Shown here piece by piece: positions 9,320 to 18,817 of a stretch of 64,000 bases of DNA. The notes below the pieces were generated by a model. It did no database searches. It was given only the letters and a program-made list of their open reading frames with translations, and was not told where the DNA came from. Position numbers and translations under genes: made by a program. Origin of the DNA: Candidatus Saccharimonadia bacterium (GTDB lineage: Bacteria > Patescibacteriota > SICC01); the NCBI GenBank assembly GCA_025449535.1, contig JANWJF010000001.1:613136-677135 (forward strand). Direction: 5' to 3'. Position 1 is the stretch's first letter; each line of letters opens with the position of its first letter.

Positions 9320-9823
9320 ATGATCGACCGGGAAACGTTTAACATCAGCTCAATCGCTGAATCGGACATCGAGCGAGAGCTCAGCAACTTCGCCGACGCA
9401 CCGTTCGTGCTCGACGGGGTCCGCTACGCTTCCGCCGAGTCGTTTTGGCAGGCTATCAAGCTGCCGGAGGGCAGCGTCGAACGGGAAATGATCGCCCGGG
9501 CACCCGGCCGCGTAGCCAAGCAAGTCAGTCGGTGTCTGGGTGACATCGACCACGTCACCTACCGAGGTAAAAGATACGAAGTGGGTACGGAGGACTATCA
9601 GGCGCTGATGTACCGGGCCCTGGAGGCCAAGTTCGACCAGAATCCCCATGCTCGGGCTCTCTTGTTGAGTACCGGGAGTGCGGAAATTACCCATGAGCTG
9701 CACCATCGCGATGGCAGTTTGATACCGGATAGCAAGACACTTCCTGCGAAAGTATTCACCGGGTTCCTGAAATCTCTTCGCGAACGGTATGCCGGTTCAG
9801 GTCGAAGCGGCAGAACTGTTTAG
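9320..9823 (+). CDS. NADAR (YbiA-like) family protein
   Basis: LSNF...F.LDG.RY.S.E.FWQA.K and M..ALEAKFDQNP....LL.STG. Confidence 0.85.
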   Translation: MIDRETFNISSIAESDIERELSNFADAPFVLDGVRYASAESFWQAIKLPEGSVEREMIARAPGRVAKQVSRCLGDIDHVTYRGKRYEVGTEDYQALMYRALEAKFDQNPHARALLLSTGSAEITHELHHRDGSLIPDSKTLPAKVFTGFLKSLRERYAGSGRSGRTV

Positions 9824-9825
9824 AA

Positions 9826-10992
9826 CTAGCGGTCCTTCAGCACGTCCCGGGCGGTCCGGGCCATCTCGGCCGCCTCGTCGCACTCGAGCACGAGGACCGG
9901 TGGCTTGCGGCGCGGCTTGCCGACCTCGTCGCCGCTGCCGGCGCGCCGGTTGCGGGCCTTGTCGAGGCCGATGCCGAGGTAGCCGAGGTCCGCGCAGATC
10001 CGTTCCCGCATCGGGAACGAGCGGAGACCCACGGTCCCGGTGAAGACCAGCAGGTCGAGTCCGCCGAGCGCCGCCGCGTATGCGCCGACGTACTTCCGTA
10101 CCCGGTAGGCGAAGACGTCGAGCGCCAAAGCGGCGCGCTTGTCGCCGCCCTGCTCGCGCTTCAAAAGTTCGCGAATGTCGCCGCTGCCGCCGAGGGCCAG
10201 GAGGCCGGCGTTGTGGTTGAGATCGTTCTCGACCTGGCGGGCCGAACGTTCGGCCGCCATCTCGAGCAGGATGCCCGGGTCGACGTCGCCGCTCCGGGTG
10301 CTCATCACCAGGCCTTCCATCGGGGTCGCGCCCATGGAGGTGTCGACGCTCTTGCCGCCTTTTAGCGCGGTGACGCTGGCGCCGCTGCCGAGGTGGCAGA
10401 CGACGGTCCGGGCCGGCATCCGGCCGTAGCGCTTCCGTACGTCACGGACGACGGATTGCAGGGACAGGCCGTGGAAGCCGTACCGGAACAAGCCGCGCCG
10501 TTCGGCGTCCCCGGACGGGATCGCGTACCGCCGGGCGACTTCCGGCAGCGTCACGTGGAACGCGCTGTCCGACGCGCCGATGACCGGCGCCGCGGGCAGT
10601 TCCTTGCGGACGTCGTCGAGCTCGGCCAGGGCCGGACCCAGGTGGAGCGGGCTGCGTTCGTAGGCCGTCCGGAGCTGGCGTTCATAATGCTCGTCGATGA
10701 CCCGGTGTTTCCGGAACGCCTCGCCGGAGGCCACGACTCGGAGCACCACCGCGTCGATGTCCTCACGGGACTTGAGCACGCCCGCGGACCGCGCCTGCCC
10801 CACGAACCACTCGGTGACGTGGTCGAGGCCGTCCGGCAACGGGAACCGCTCGGAGACGGCGCCGGACAGTTCCGCCACCACCTTGCCGTCCTCGTACTCC
10901 GCGTGGGCGGCCAGCTTGAGCGACGCGTCCCGGTAGAGCGCGAGCTTCTTCGAAGCGCTGCCGGGATTCAGGACCAGGATCAGGCGCGCCAT
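9826..10992 (-). CDS. ackA: Acetate kinase
   Basis: LNPGSASKK, SPLH, D.AFH.TLP, RYGFHGLS, CHLGSGAS, DTSMG.TP.EGL.M.TRSGDVDPG, VFTG. Confidence 0.95.
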   Translation of the reverse strand: MARLILVLNPGSASKKLALYRDASLKLAAHAEYEDGKVVAELSGAVSERFPLPDGLDHVTEWFVGQARSAGVLKSREDIDAVVLRVVASGEAFRKHRVIDEHYERQLRTAYERSPLHLGPALAELDDVRKELPAAPVIGASDSAFHVTLPEVARRYAIPSGDAERRGLFRYGFHGLSLQSVVRDVRKRYGRMPARTVVCHLGSGASVTALKGGKSVDTSMGATPMEGLVMSTRSGDVDPGILLEMAAERSARQVENDLNHNAGLLALGGSGDIRELLKREQGGDKRAALALDVFAYRVRKYVGAYAAALGGLDLLVFTGTVGLRSFPMRERICADLGYLGIGLDKARNRRAGSGDEVGKPRRKPPVLVLECDEAAEMARTARDVLKDR

Positions 10993-13331
10993 CGCCACTC
11001 CGCTATGTCGGTCGGGTCGTCGCCGTGCTCGATGACGTGCCGGCGGATCTCCGCCAGGCGCTTCTCGTACTTCGCCTTGAGGTGGTCCGCCCGGCGCCGG
11101 TCCAACAGCCGCCAGTCGGCGAGGGTCTCGAAGGCATCGATCGCCAGGTGGAACCGGTCCGCCTCGTTCCGGGCCAGCATGTCGAACGGCGTGGTGGTCG
11201 AGCCGGTCTCTAGGTAGCCATGGAGCGAGAACCGAGGATTGCCGCGTTCGTAGTCGAAGAGGATCGACTTCAGCGTCTCGGGGTAGCCGTGGAAGTCGAA
11301 GATCACGGGACGGTCCGGGGTGAAGTGCCGCTGGAAGGAGGCCTCGTCCACCCGGTGTCCGGCCGATCCGAACCCGAGGTCGGACATCGCGGTGATCGCG
11401 ACGAAGCGCAGCCGGGCGCCGGGGACTTCCTCGCGGACGATCTCCATCGCCGCCAAGGATTCCCGGGTCATGTGCGATCCGGTCGCGGAGAACACCAGGT
11501 CGGGCTGCGGGTCGGAGGCGAACCGGAAGGTATGCAGTCCCTCCTGCATCGCCCGCTTGCCCTCGGCATAGGACAGCCAGCTGATCTCGTTCTTCTTGGC
11601 GGCGATCAGCAGGTTGATCTGGTCGCGACTGCGGAGCATCCGGTCGACCGTCGCCAACGTGGAGTTGCCGTCGAACGGGAAGTAGGCGGTGATGAACTCG
11701 CCATGTCGCTGCAGCATGTCGTCGAGGAAGCCCGGGTTCTGGTGGGAGAACCCGTTGTGCTCCTGCCGCCAGGCGGACGAGGTCAGGACATAGTTGAGCG
11801 AGGGGTTGGGTTTCCGCCAGGGAATCGTCCGGGCGACCTTCACGAACTTGGCGTATTGGTCGGCCATCGAGCTGACGATCTGGATGAATGCCTCGTAGCT
11901 GGCGAACAGCCCGTGCCGGCCGGTCAGGAGGTAACCCTGGAGCATGCCCTGCAGGGAATGCTCGGAAAGCATTTCCATCACCCGGCCGTCCCGGGCCATG
12001 TCGCGGTCATCGGCGATCAACGGCCACTGCCAGCTGCGGGCGGTCTCGTCGAAGACGCCGTCGAGCCGGTTCGAGTAGGTCTCGTCCGGCGAGAACAGCC
12101 GCAGGTTGCGACTGCCGCGGGTGTTCCGGAACGCCCGCTTGAGGTACTCGCCGGCCTGGGCGAGGTTGCCCGGACCGGGCTGGCCGGGCCGCTTGACCGT
12201 GTCGGCGAGCTTGGACGGTTCCGGCAGCTTGAGCGGTTTGGTCTGCGCGCCGAAGGTGTGGCGGCTGAGGCCCATGCGCAGCCGGGCCGGCGGGACTAGG
12301 TCGCGGATGTCCTTGGAGAATCCGCGCTTCGGGTCGAACACCTCGTCGAACCCGTAGGAGCGCAGCCAGCGGTCGATCGACCGCAGGTGGTTCGGGTCCG
12401 TCTTGGCGTCCTTGGCGACCACCTGGTGGGAGCGGAAGGTCCCCTCGACCTTCTCGCCGTCCACGACCTTGGGGCCACCCCAGCCCTTGGGCGTGCGCAG
12501 GACGATCATCGGCCAGCGGGGCTTCACGACGTTCTTACCGGAACGGGCCGCGGCTTGGATCTTCCGGATCCGCTTGTACGCTCGCTCGAGCGCGGCTTCC
12601 ATGGCGTCATGCATGCCGCGCCCGGATGCCGCCACGTCCACGACGGCCGGCTCGTAGCCGTACCCGCGGAACAGCGTCTGCAGCTCGTCGTCGGCCATCC
12701 GCCCGTAGATGGTCGGGCCGGAGATCTTGTATCCGTTCAGGTGGACGATCGGCAGGACGGCGCCGTCGGTCTTCGGGCTGAGCAGCTTGTTGAGGTGCCA
12801 GGCCGTCGCCGTCGGACCGGTCTCGGCCTCGCCGTCGCCGATTACCGTCGCCACGATCAGGTCCGGGTTGTCGAGCGCGGCACCGTAGGCGGTCGACAGG
12901 GCATAGCCGAGCTCGCCGCCCTCCAGGATTACGCCCGGGGTGCCGGGATTGGCATGGCTGGGGAACCCGTAGGGCCAGCTGAACTGCTCGATGACGTAAC
13001 TCGCGCCCTTGGCGTCCGGCGTCGCCTTCTTGTAGAACTGTTCGAGCGTTCCTTCGATATAGAGGTTCGCCTGCAGGGCCGCGTAGGCGTGGCCCGGTCC
13101 CATCACGAAGAGCACTTCCGCCTTCTCCCGGCCGATCAGCTCGTTGAGGTGGGCGTAGATGAAGTTGATGCCCGGACTGGAGCCCCAGTGGCCGAGCAGG
13201 CGCGGCTTGATGTCCTTGGCGGTCAGCGGCCGCTCGAGCAGGGCGTTGTCCCGGAGGTAGATCTGGGCGGCGGACAGGTAGTTCGCGGCGCGCAGGTACC
13301 GGTCGATCTGTGCTTTGCGTGTCTGTTTCAT
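10980..13331 (-). CDS. xfp: Xylulose-5-P/fructose-6-P phosphoketolase
   Basis: LLGHWG, GPGH, EGGELGY, GDGEAETGP (TPP), HLNGYKI, SPDET.SNRL, LSEH, QEHNGFSHQ. Confidence 0.97.
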   Translation of the reverse strand: MKQTRKAQIDRYLRAANYLSAAQIYLRDNALLERPLTAKDIKPRLLGHWGSSPGINFIYAHLNELIGREKAEVLFVMGPGHAYAALQANLYIEGTLEQFYKKATPDAKGASYVIEQFSWPYGFPSHANPGTPGVILEGGELGYALSTAYGAALDNPDLIVATVIGDGEAETGPTATAWHLNKLLSPKTDGAVLPIVHLNGYKISGPTIYGRMADDELQTLFRGYGYEPAVVDVAASGRGMHDAMEAALERAYKRIRKIQAAARSGKNVVKPRWPMIVLRTPKGWGGPKVVDGEKVEGTFRSHQVVAKDAKTDPNHLRSIDRWLRSYGFDEVFDPKRGFSKDIRDLVPPARLRMGLSRHTFGAQTKPLKLPEPSKLADTVKRPGQPGPGNLAQAGEYLKRAFRNTRGSRNLRLFSPDETYSNRLDGVFDETARSWQWPLIADDRDMARDGRVMEMLSEHSLQGMLQGYLLTGRHGLFASYEAFIQIVSSMADQYAKFVKVARTIPWRKPNPSLNYVLTSSAWRQEHNGFSHQNPGFLDDMLQRHGEFITAYFPFDGNSTLATVDRMLRSRDQINLLIAAKKNEISWLSYAEGKRAMQEGLHTFRFASDPQPDLVFSATGSHMTRESLAAMEIVREEVPGARLRFVAITAMSDLGFGSAGHRVDEASFQRHFTPDRPVIFDFHGYPETLKSILFDYERGNPRFSLHGYLETGSTTTPFDMLARNEADRFHLAIDAFETLADWRLLDRRRADHLKAKYEKRLAEIRRHVIEHGDDPTDIAEWRWRA

Positions 13332-13407
13332 AGATTCAAAATTAGCTAATTAAAGCACATTTTAAGCGGTTTGTCAACGCTTCGGTACCCCCGTGTATCC
13401 TGGGCCC

Positions 13408-14139
13408 ATGTACCGGTCGTTGCCCGTATTCTTGCTCGCGCTCTGCCTGGCGGCGCCCGTCCCCGCGCTGGCGGTGACGCTGCCGGTCGAACGGTACTTC
13501 ACGAACCAGACGCTCAAGGGCTACGGGACCGTGGTGGACGACGCCTACCATGAGCGTCATCGCGACTTGTTCCCGAACAACGGCTTCCCGAACCGGTTCA
13601 CCGGAATCCACGCGGCGGTCGACGTGGAGTTCACGAGGCCGGCCGACGCGAGGCGGGAGGTACCAGTCCGGGCAGTGACGGGCGGGACGGTCATCTATGT
13701 GGATGACGTCGCCGGATACGGCGGCTTGGTGATCGTCCGGCACGCGAAGCCGGAGCCCGTCACCAGCCTGTACGGCCACATCCGGCTGCGGGATGTCCCC
13801 GTCAAGGTTGGCCAACGCGTACGCGAAGGCCAGCGGATCGCGACGCTCGGCGCGCCGTTCAGCGCCGAGATTAGCGGCGCCCGCAAGCACCTGCACTTCG
13901 GGATCCACAAGGGTCCGGGCCTGGATATCGCCGGGCACGAGCAGACGCGCGAGCGGCTGCTGGCTGAGTGGTACAATCCGAACGACTGGCTGCGACGGCA
14001 TGGGGCGATGAAGACCCCGGACCCGGCGCCGACCGCGACCTCGGCGTCCTCGCCGGAACCTGCGACGGAGCCGGCCACCGAACAAAAAACGACATGGTTC
14101 GACAAGATCATCGACTGGTTCCGGAATCTCTTCAGCTAA
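13408..14139 (+). CDS. Secreted M23 family metallopeptidase
   Basis: Signal peptide; H..VD (GIHAAVD), SLYGH, HLHFGI motifs. Confidence 0.88.
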   Translation: MYRSLPVFLLALCLAAPVPALAVTLPVERYFTNQTLKGYGTVVDDAYHERHRDLFPNNGFPNRFTGIHAAVDVEFTRPADARREVPVRAVTGGTVIYVDDVAGYGGLVIVRHAKPEPVTSLYGHIRLRDVPVKVGQRVREGQRIATLGAPFSAEISGARKHLHFGIHKGPGLDIAGHEQTRERLLAEWYNPNDWLRRHGAMKTPDPAPTATSASSPEPATEPATEQKTTWFDKIIDWFRNLFS

Positions 14140-14148
14140 GGGAGCTGC

Positions 14149-15090
14149 ATGGCGATCTCGCGTAAGAGCCGGGTCCTGCTGGCCGGCCTGATGACCGTCC
14201 TGATCGCAGCCGGGGCGGTGCTGTTCTTCGTGATCGGGACGACCGCCACCAAGGTGGTGGAGGACAGCGCTCCGGAACCGACGTCCACCCCGCGACCGCT
14301 GGAGATTTTCTTCGGCGACCTCACCGCGAACTCGCTGGACGCGGCCGACCTGCGCCGGGTCGCCGACTTCGAGCAGCCGCATGGGATCGGCGTCTTCGAC
14401 GGGACGCTGTACGTGTCCGACTGGGGCGAGGACAAGATCTACGCCGTGGATCCGAATACGGGCGACAAGCGCCTGCTGGCGGACGAGCTGGGCGGCGCCC
14501 ACGACATGGTGCTCGACGACGAGGGCTGGATCGTCACGCCGCTCTACAAGGAGGGCCGGGTCGTTCGCGTGGACCGGAAGTCCGGCGCGGTCGAGGAGCT
14601 GGCATCCGGGTTCGCCGGGCCCAATGGCATCGCCCGGGCGCGCAGCGGCTACTATTACGTCTCGAACGCCAAGGACGGCACCGTAGTGAAGCTCAGCCCG
14701 GACGGGAAGCGGAAGCTGACCGTGGCCCGGGGGCTCAAGGAGCCGGCGGGGATCGTCGTGGACAACGACAACATCGTCCGGGTGGCCCAGTACGCCGATC
14801 CGCGGAACCCGGTGGTGCAGATCTTCGACAACGGCAAGCGGAGCGTCGTCGTTCGGAACCTGGCCGCCGCCGAATCGCTGCTCTACGACGAACGGAAGAA
14901 TCTCCTGATTGGCCACGGCGATTCCGGTCGGGGCACGGTGACGATGTTCACCGGGCGCGGAGGCCTGGTCCGGGTGCTGACGACCTCGTTGCCGGTGCCG
15001 TTGGTCGGGCCGGTGACGGACGGCAAGTATCTTTATCTGCAGAGCGCCGCGCCGGGCCAGACCGGCGTGTATCGGATAAAGCTGCCCTGA
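14149..15090 (+). CDS. Membrane-anchored NHL/SMP-30-like beta-propeller protein
   Basis: N-terminal TM; repeated PHGI/PNGI/PAGI...LYVSD blades. Confidence 0.75.
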   Translation: MAISRKSRVLLAGLMTVLIAAGAVLFFVIGTTATKVVEDSAPEPTSTPRPLEIFFGDLTANSLDAADLRRVADFEQPHGIGVFDGTLYVSDWGEDKIYAVDPNTGDKRLLADELGGAHDMVLDDEGWIVTPLYKEGRVVRVDRKSGAVEELASGFAGPNGIARARSGYYYVSNAKDGTVVKLSPDGKRKLTVARGLKEPAGIVVDNDNIVRVAQYADPRNPVVQIFDNGKRSVVVRNLAAAESLLYDERKNLLIGHGDSGRGTVTMFTGRGGLVRVLTTSLPVPLVGPVTDGKYLYLQSAAPGQTGVYRIKLP

Positions 15091-15113
15091 CGCTATACTT
15101 TGAAGAGTCGTCC

Positions 15114-15185
15114 GGCCCCATCGTCTAACGGCTAGGACGCCAGGTTTTCATCCTGGAAATCGGGGTTCGATTCCCCGTGGGGTCA
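15114..15185 (+). tRNA. tRNA-Glu(TTC), CCA not encoded
   Basis: GGCCCCATCGTCTAACGGCTAGGACGCCAGG-TT-TTC-AT-CCTGG...GGTTCGATTCCCCGTGGGGTCA; TATACT upstream. Confidence 0.95.
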
Positions 15186-15186
15186 C

Positions 15187-15828
15187 ATGCTCGAAGAGCT
15201 TATTCCAACGTACTGTGAACGTGTTGGCACCGGAATGTTTTCCGAGCCAGTCAACCTTATTAGTAACGTAGGATTTTTTCTTGCGGCGTACTTTTTATGG
15301 AAAAAGACACACGTGAAGCATCTTGGTGCGTCTGGTTATCTTTTTGCAGGTTTACTTTTTAGCGTTGGCGTTGGAAGTAGCATTTTCCATGCCTTTCCCG
15401 GGTCAGGGACTCTTCTGCTGGATGCCGTGCCAATTTACTGCTTCATTCTGGCTGTTTCGTTGGTACTTCTGAGTAAATTGTTTGGAATGGCTACAACAAT
15501 CGTTACGCTCATATCTTTTGTCGTGGTCCAGATATTGATTTCTACTCTTGTGCCAGTCGACTTTATCAACGGTTCAATGAGACACGTGACTACTTTCTTA
15601 GCTCTTGCTCTGCTAACTTTCGCCGCTTACCGCCAGACTGGCTCGAAGATCTACCCGCTCGTGTTCGCAGTCTTGGGATACGGAATTGCCATTCTCTTCC
15701 GCTCCCTCGACCTGACTGTCTGTGAATCTATATTTTTCGGTACCCATTTCATGTGGCACCTCCTTGTATCGCTAGCGGCTTACCTTGCTGTCAGTTACAC
15801 CATCGAGCTTCGCAAAACCTCTGTCTGA
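15187..15828 (+). CDS. Ceramidase-domain (CREST superfamily) membrane hydrolase
   Basis: YCER, EPVN.ISN, GS.IFH, D..PI, GTHFMWH Zn motifs; AT-rich. Confidence 0.85.
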   Translation: MLEELIPTYCERVGTGMFSEPVNLISNVGFFLAAYFLWKKTHVKHLGASGYLFAGLLFSVGVGSSIFHAFPGSGTLLLDAVPIYCFILAVSLVLLSKLFGMATTIVTLISFVVVQILISTLVPVDFINGSMRHVTTFLALALLTFAAYRQTGSKIYPLVFAVLGYGIAILFRSLDLTVCESIFFGTHFMWHLLVSLAAYLAVSYTIELRKTSV

Positions 15829-15910
15829 GCATTCCGCTTGTTCCCGCTATTTAATTGACCGGGGGCCGCGCGCCACGGTACGGTAAACCTCGTATGCCCC
15901 GGGGGACAAA

Positions 15911-16606
15911 ATGATCAAGGTAGTGCACGTGAAAAAGGCGTACCCGAAAGGGAACGTCGCGCTGGAAGACGTGAGCCTGTCTATCAACCCGAACGAGTTC
16001 GTCTCGTTGGTGGGAGCGTCCGGCGCCGGCAAGAGCACGCTGGTGCGGATGCTGATCGCCGAGGAACGCCCCACCGAGGGTAAGATCTTCGTCAATGACC
16101 GGGACATCTCCCACCTCTCGCACAAACAGGTCCCGTTCTACCGCCGCAAGATCGGCGTCGTCTTCCAGGACTTCAAGCTGCTGGACCACAAGACGGTCGG
16201 CGAGAACGTCGCCTTCGCGATGGAGGTCTCCGGGATGAAGGGTCAGGAGATCAAGAAGTCCGTCCCCAAGATCCTGAAGATGGTCGGGCTGCTCGAGAAG
16301 GCCGACCGGTTCCCCCACCAACTCTCCGGCGGCGAGATCCAGCGCACGGCGATCGCCCGGGCGCTGGTCCACCAGCCGAAGCTGCTGATCGCCGACGAGC
16401 CGACCGGCAACCTCGATCCGGTGAACGCCTGGGAGATCATCCAGCTGCTCCTGAAGATCAACCAGTTCGGTACCACCGTGATCCTGGCGACCCATAACCG
16501 CGAGGTGGTGGACGCGCTGAAGAAGCGGGTGATCACGCTGAAGGACGGCAAGATCGTGCGCGACCAGAAGGTCGGCCGGTACTCCCTGAAGAAGGAGGCG
16601 GCATGA
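15911..16606 (+). CDS. ftsE: Cell division ATP-binding protein FtsE
   Basis: GASGAGKST, RRKIGVVFQDFKLL, LSGGE.QR, ADEPTGNLDP; followed by ftsX. Confidence 0.95.
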   Translation: MIKVVHVKKAYPKGNVALEDVSLSINPNEFVSLVGASGAGKSTLVRMLIAEERPTEGKIFVNDRDISHLSHKQVPFYRRKIGVVFQDFKLLDHKTVGENVAFAMEVSGMKGQEIKKSVPKILKMVGLLEKADRFPHQLSGGEIQRTAIARALVHQPKLLIADEPTGNLDPVNAWEIIQLLLKINQFGTTVILATHNREVVDALKKRVITLKDGKIVRDQKVGRYSLKKEAA

Positions 16607-17520
16607 GCGCAGTCGTCACCGGCCCGCGGATCGTCCGCGCGGCGCTCCGGAGCTTCTACCGGAACGGCTGGCTGTCCGTGGCCGCCACCGCCATCGTCAC
16701 CTTTTCACTGGTGCTGGTCTCGATCTTCGCGTTGCTCCTGTTGCTCGGGACCAACGTGATTGCCGCGATCCAGAACAAGATCGACGTCGAGATCTTCTTC
16801 AAGGACGACGCCAAGGTGGCGGACATCCTTACCGTGAAGGAACAACTGGAGCGGAACCCGAACGCCGCCACGGTGAAGTACATCTCCAAGGCCGAGGCGC
16901 TCGGTATCTACAAGGGCCAATCCGACCGCAACAAGCGGTTGGTCGAGCAGATCTCCGAGGAGGAGAACCCGCTGCCGGCCAGCATCCAAGTGAAGGCGAA
17001 GAACTCCGACAAGCTCGACGCCTTCAGTGCCACGCTGGAATCCGACTTTGCCAAACCGCTGGTCGCCACCCGGTCCGACAAGGAGAACCGCGAGATCATC
17101 CAACGGCTCCAGCGGATCGTCGGGTTCATCCGGAGCATGGGACTGTTCGTCTCTCTGACGGTCCTGACCTTCGCGGTACTGGTGGTCTTCAACACGATCC
17201 GGATCGCGATTTTCTCCCGCCGCGAGGAGATCGAGATCATGCGGCTGGTCGGCGCCTCTAACGCGTACATCCGCGGGCCGTTCGTCCTGGAGGGCGCCTT
17301 CTACGGTATCATCGGTACGGCGATCGCCTTGCTGCTGGTGTATCTGCTCGTGCTGGCGTTCGGTCCGGCGATCAGTTCCTACCTCCGCGAGCTCAACGAG
17401 GACGTGCCGGCTTACTTCCGCGCCAACCTGCCGCTGATCCTCCTGATCCAGCTCGGCACTGGCATCGGGGTGGGCGTACTGTCCAGTTATATCGCCATCC
17501 GCAGGCACCTGCGGTCCTGA
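16603..17520 (+). CDS. ftsX: Cell division permease FtsX
   Basis: ENPLP, NTIRIAIFSRREEIEIMRLVGA...IRGPF.LEG; ATGA overlap with ftsE. Confidence 0.95.
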   Translation: MSAVVTGPRIVRAALRSFYRNGWLSVAATAIVTFSLVLVSIFALLLLLGTNVIAAIQNKIDVEIFFKDDAKVADILTVKEQLERNPNAATVKYISKAEALGIYKGQSDRNKRLVEQISEEENPLPASIQVKAKNSDKLDAFSATLESDFAKPLVATRSDKENREIIQRLQRIVGFIRSMGLFVSLTVLTFAVLVVFNTIRIAIFSRREEIEIMRLVGASNAYIRGPFVLEGAFYGIIGTAIALLLVYLLVLAFGPAISSYLRELNEDVPAYFRANLPLILLIQLGTGIGVGVLSSYIAIRRHLRS

Positions 17521-17563
17521 TGGGGGATAATTCTCCGGGTTTTCCGGCGCTTTTACCTGAACC

Positions 17564-17584
17564 CCGCCTGAAACGGGCGGTTTT
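17564..17584 (+). terminator. Putative intrinsic terminator after ftsEX
   Basis: CCGCCTG-AAA-CGGGCGG stem-loop followed by TTTT. Confidence 0.5.
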
Positions 17585-17690
17585 GACAAATCCCGCTTCG
17601 GAGGGAAATGGATACAGGCACGGGAAACGGGGATTCAGGACGTTTTTCGGGCCGTTAACTTTTGCCTCAACTAGGCACAAATCACGCTTT

Positions 17691-17718
17691 TTGACAGGGC
17701 ACCTCAGAACCCTATAAT
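17691..17718 (+). promoter_or_regulatory. sigma70 promoter for the CHAP hydrolase
   Basis: Perfect TTGACA-N16-TATAAT; GGAGGAG RBS downstream. Confidence 0.75.
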
Positions 17719-17761
17719 TACCCTCGTTGTTGAAACAAGCCGGAGGAGAGAGACGCCCTAA

Positions 17762-18736
17762 ATGAAAACTCGTTCGAAGTACGCCCTGTCCGTTTTGGTC
17801 GCCGTGACGACCGTGGTGACTACCGTCGCCGTGGCTCCGTCTTCCGGTCGGGCCGAAGAGTCTCTCAAGGAGAAGACGCTGGCGCAGATCGACTCGAACC
17901 TCGACGGGCTGAACGAGCAGATCGGCGGCATTGAGGAGCAGACCGGCGAGGTGAACGGCGAGATCGACGAGTTGAACGGTCGGTACTCGAAGCTCAACAA
18001 GGAAAACCAGGAACTGCTTCGGGAGATCCTGAGCTACATGAAGGACGACTACGTCGTCACCGCGTCCTCGACGACGCTGGATTCGCTGATTTCCAGCCAG
18101 TCGCTTTCCGACTTGGCCAGCGCCGAACAGTATCGCAATAACGCTACGGACGTGGTCCGCGAAAAGTTCGATACGTACATCAAGCAACTTTCGGAAATCG
18201 AGGACTTGCTCTCGAAGGCCAAGGAAAAGCGACAAGGACTCCTGGAACTCAAGGGTCAGCTTGAGCAACGCCGCTCCACGGTACAGGCCCAGGAAGAAGC
18301 CCGACAGGCTGCGGCCGCTGCCAGCGAAGCGCAGCTACGTGAGATCAAGGAAGAGAACGAACAGGCTACTGCCGCATCGATCGCCCAAGGCCCGTCCAGC
18401 GCTCCGAGCACCGCACCGTCTTCCGGCGGTGGGGGTGGCATGGTCCGCGGCAATAACCCGTATACCCCGGGGCAGTGCACCTGGTACGTCTACAACCAGA
18501 CCGGCCGCGGCCAGATGGGTAACGCCGGCCAGTGGGGCGGCGGCGGCGGGTTCGGCATAGGAAAGATCCTGATCATGCCCCCGGGCGCGGGTGGTGCCGG
18601 CGGGGTCGGTCATGTCGGCGTGATCGTCGGAGGCTCCCCGAGCAGCGGTATCGTTATCCGCGACATGAACTGGGCCGGACCGTTCGTCGTGACGACGCAT
18701 ACCGTCCCGCGTAGCAGTGCCTACCGGTATCTCTGA
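17762..18736 (+). CDS. Coiled-coil + CHAP peptidoglycan hydrolase (PcsB/CwlO-like, likely FtsEX partner)
   Basis: Signal peptide, long coiled coil, NPY.PGQCTWYV, GNA.QW, GHVG, DMNW. Confidence 0.88.
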   Translation: MKTRSKYALSVLVAVTTVVTTVAVAPSSGRAEESLKEKTLAQIDSNLDGLNEQIGGIEEQTGEVNGEIDELNGRYSKLNKENQELLREILSYMKDDYVVTASSTTLDSLISSQSLSDLASAEQYRNNATDVVREKFDTYIKQLSEIEDLLSKAKEKRQGLLELKGQLEQRRSTVQAQEEARQAAAAASEAQLREIKEENEQATAASIAQGPSSAPSTAPSSGGGGGMVRGNNPYTPGQCTWYVYNQTGRGQMGNAGQWGGGGGFGIGKILIMPPGAGGAGGVGHVGVIVGGSPSSGIVIRDMNWAGPFVVTTHTVPRSSAYRYL

Positions 18737-18756
18737 TCCCAACCCTTAGAACTACC

Positions 18757-18787
18757 AAAGAGTCCCGCCTCGCGGGGCTCTTTCTTT
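18757..18787 (+). terminator. Intrinsic terminator
   Basis: AAAGAGTCCCGC-CTC-GCGGGGCTCTTT followed by CTTT. Confidence 0.75.
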
Positions 18788-18817
18788 CCCGCTTGACGGC
18801 TTTGCCATACTGAAGAC

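Noticed and set aside
1136-15828. tRNA-anchored integrative element
   Set aside because: No integrase and no duplicated tRNA 3' end (attR) seen by eye.
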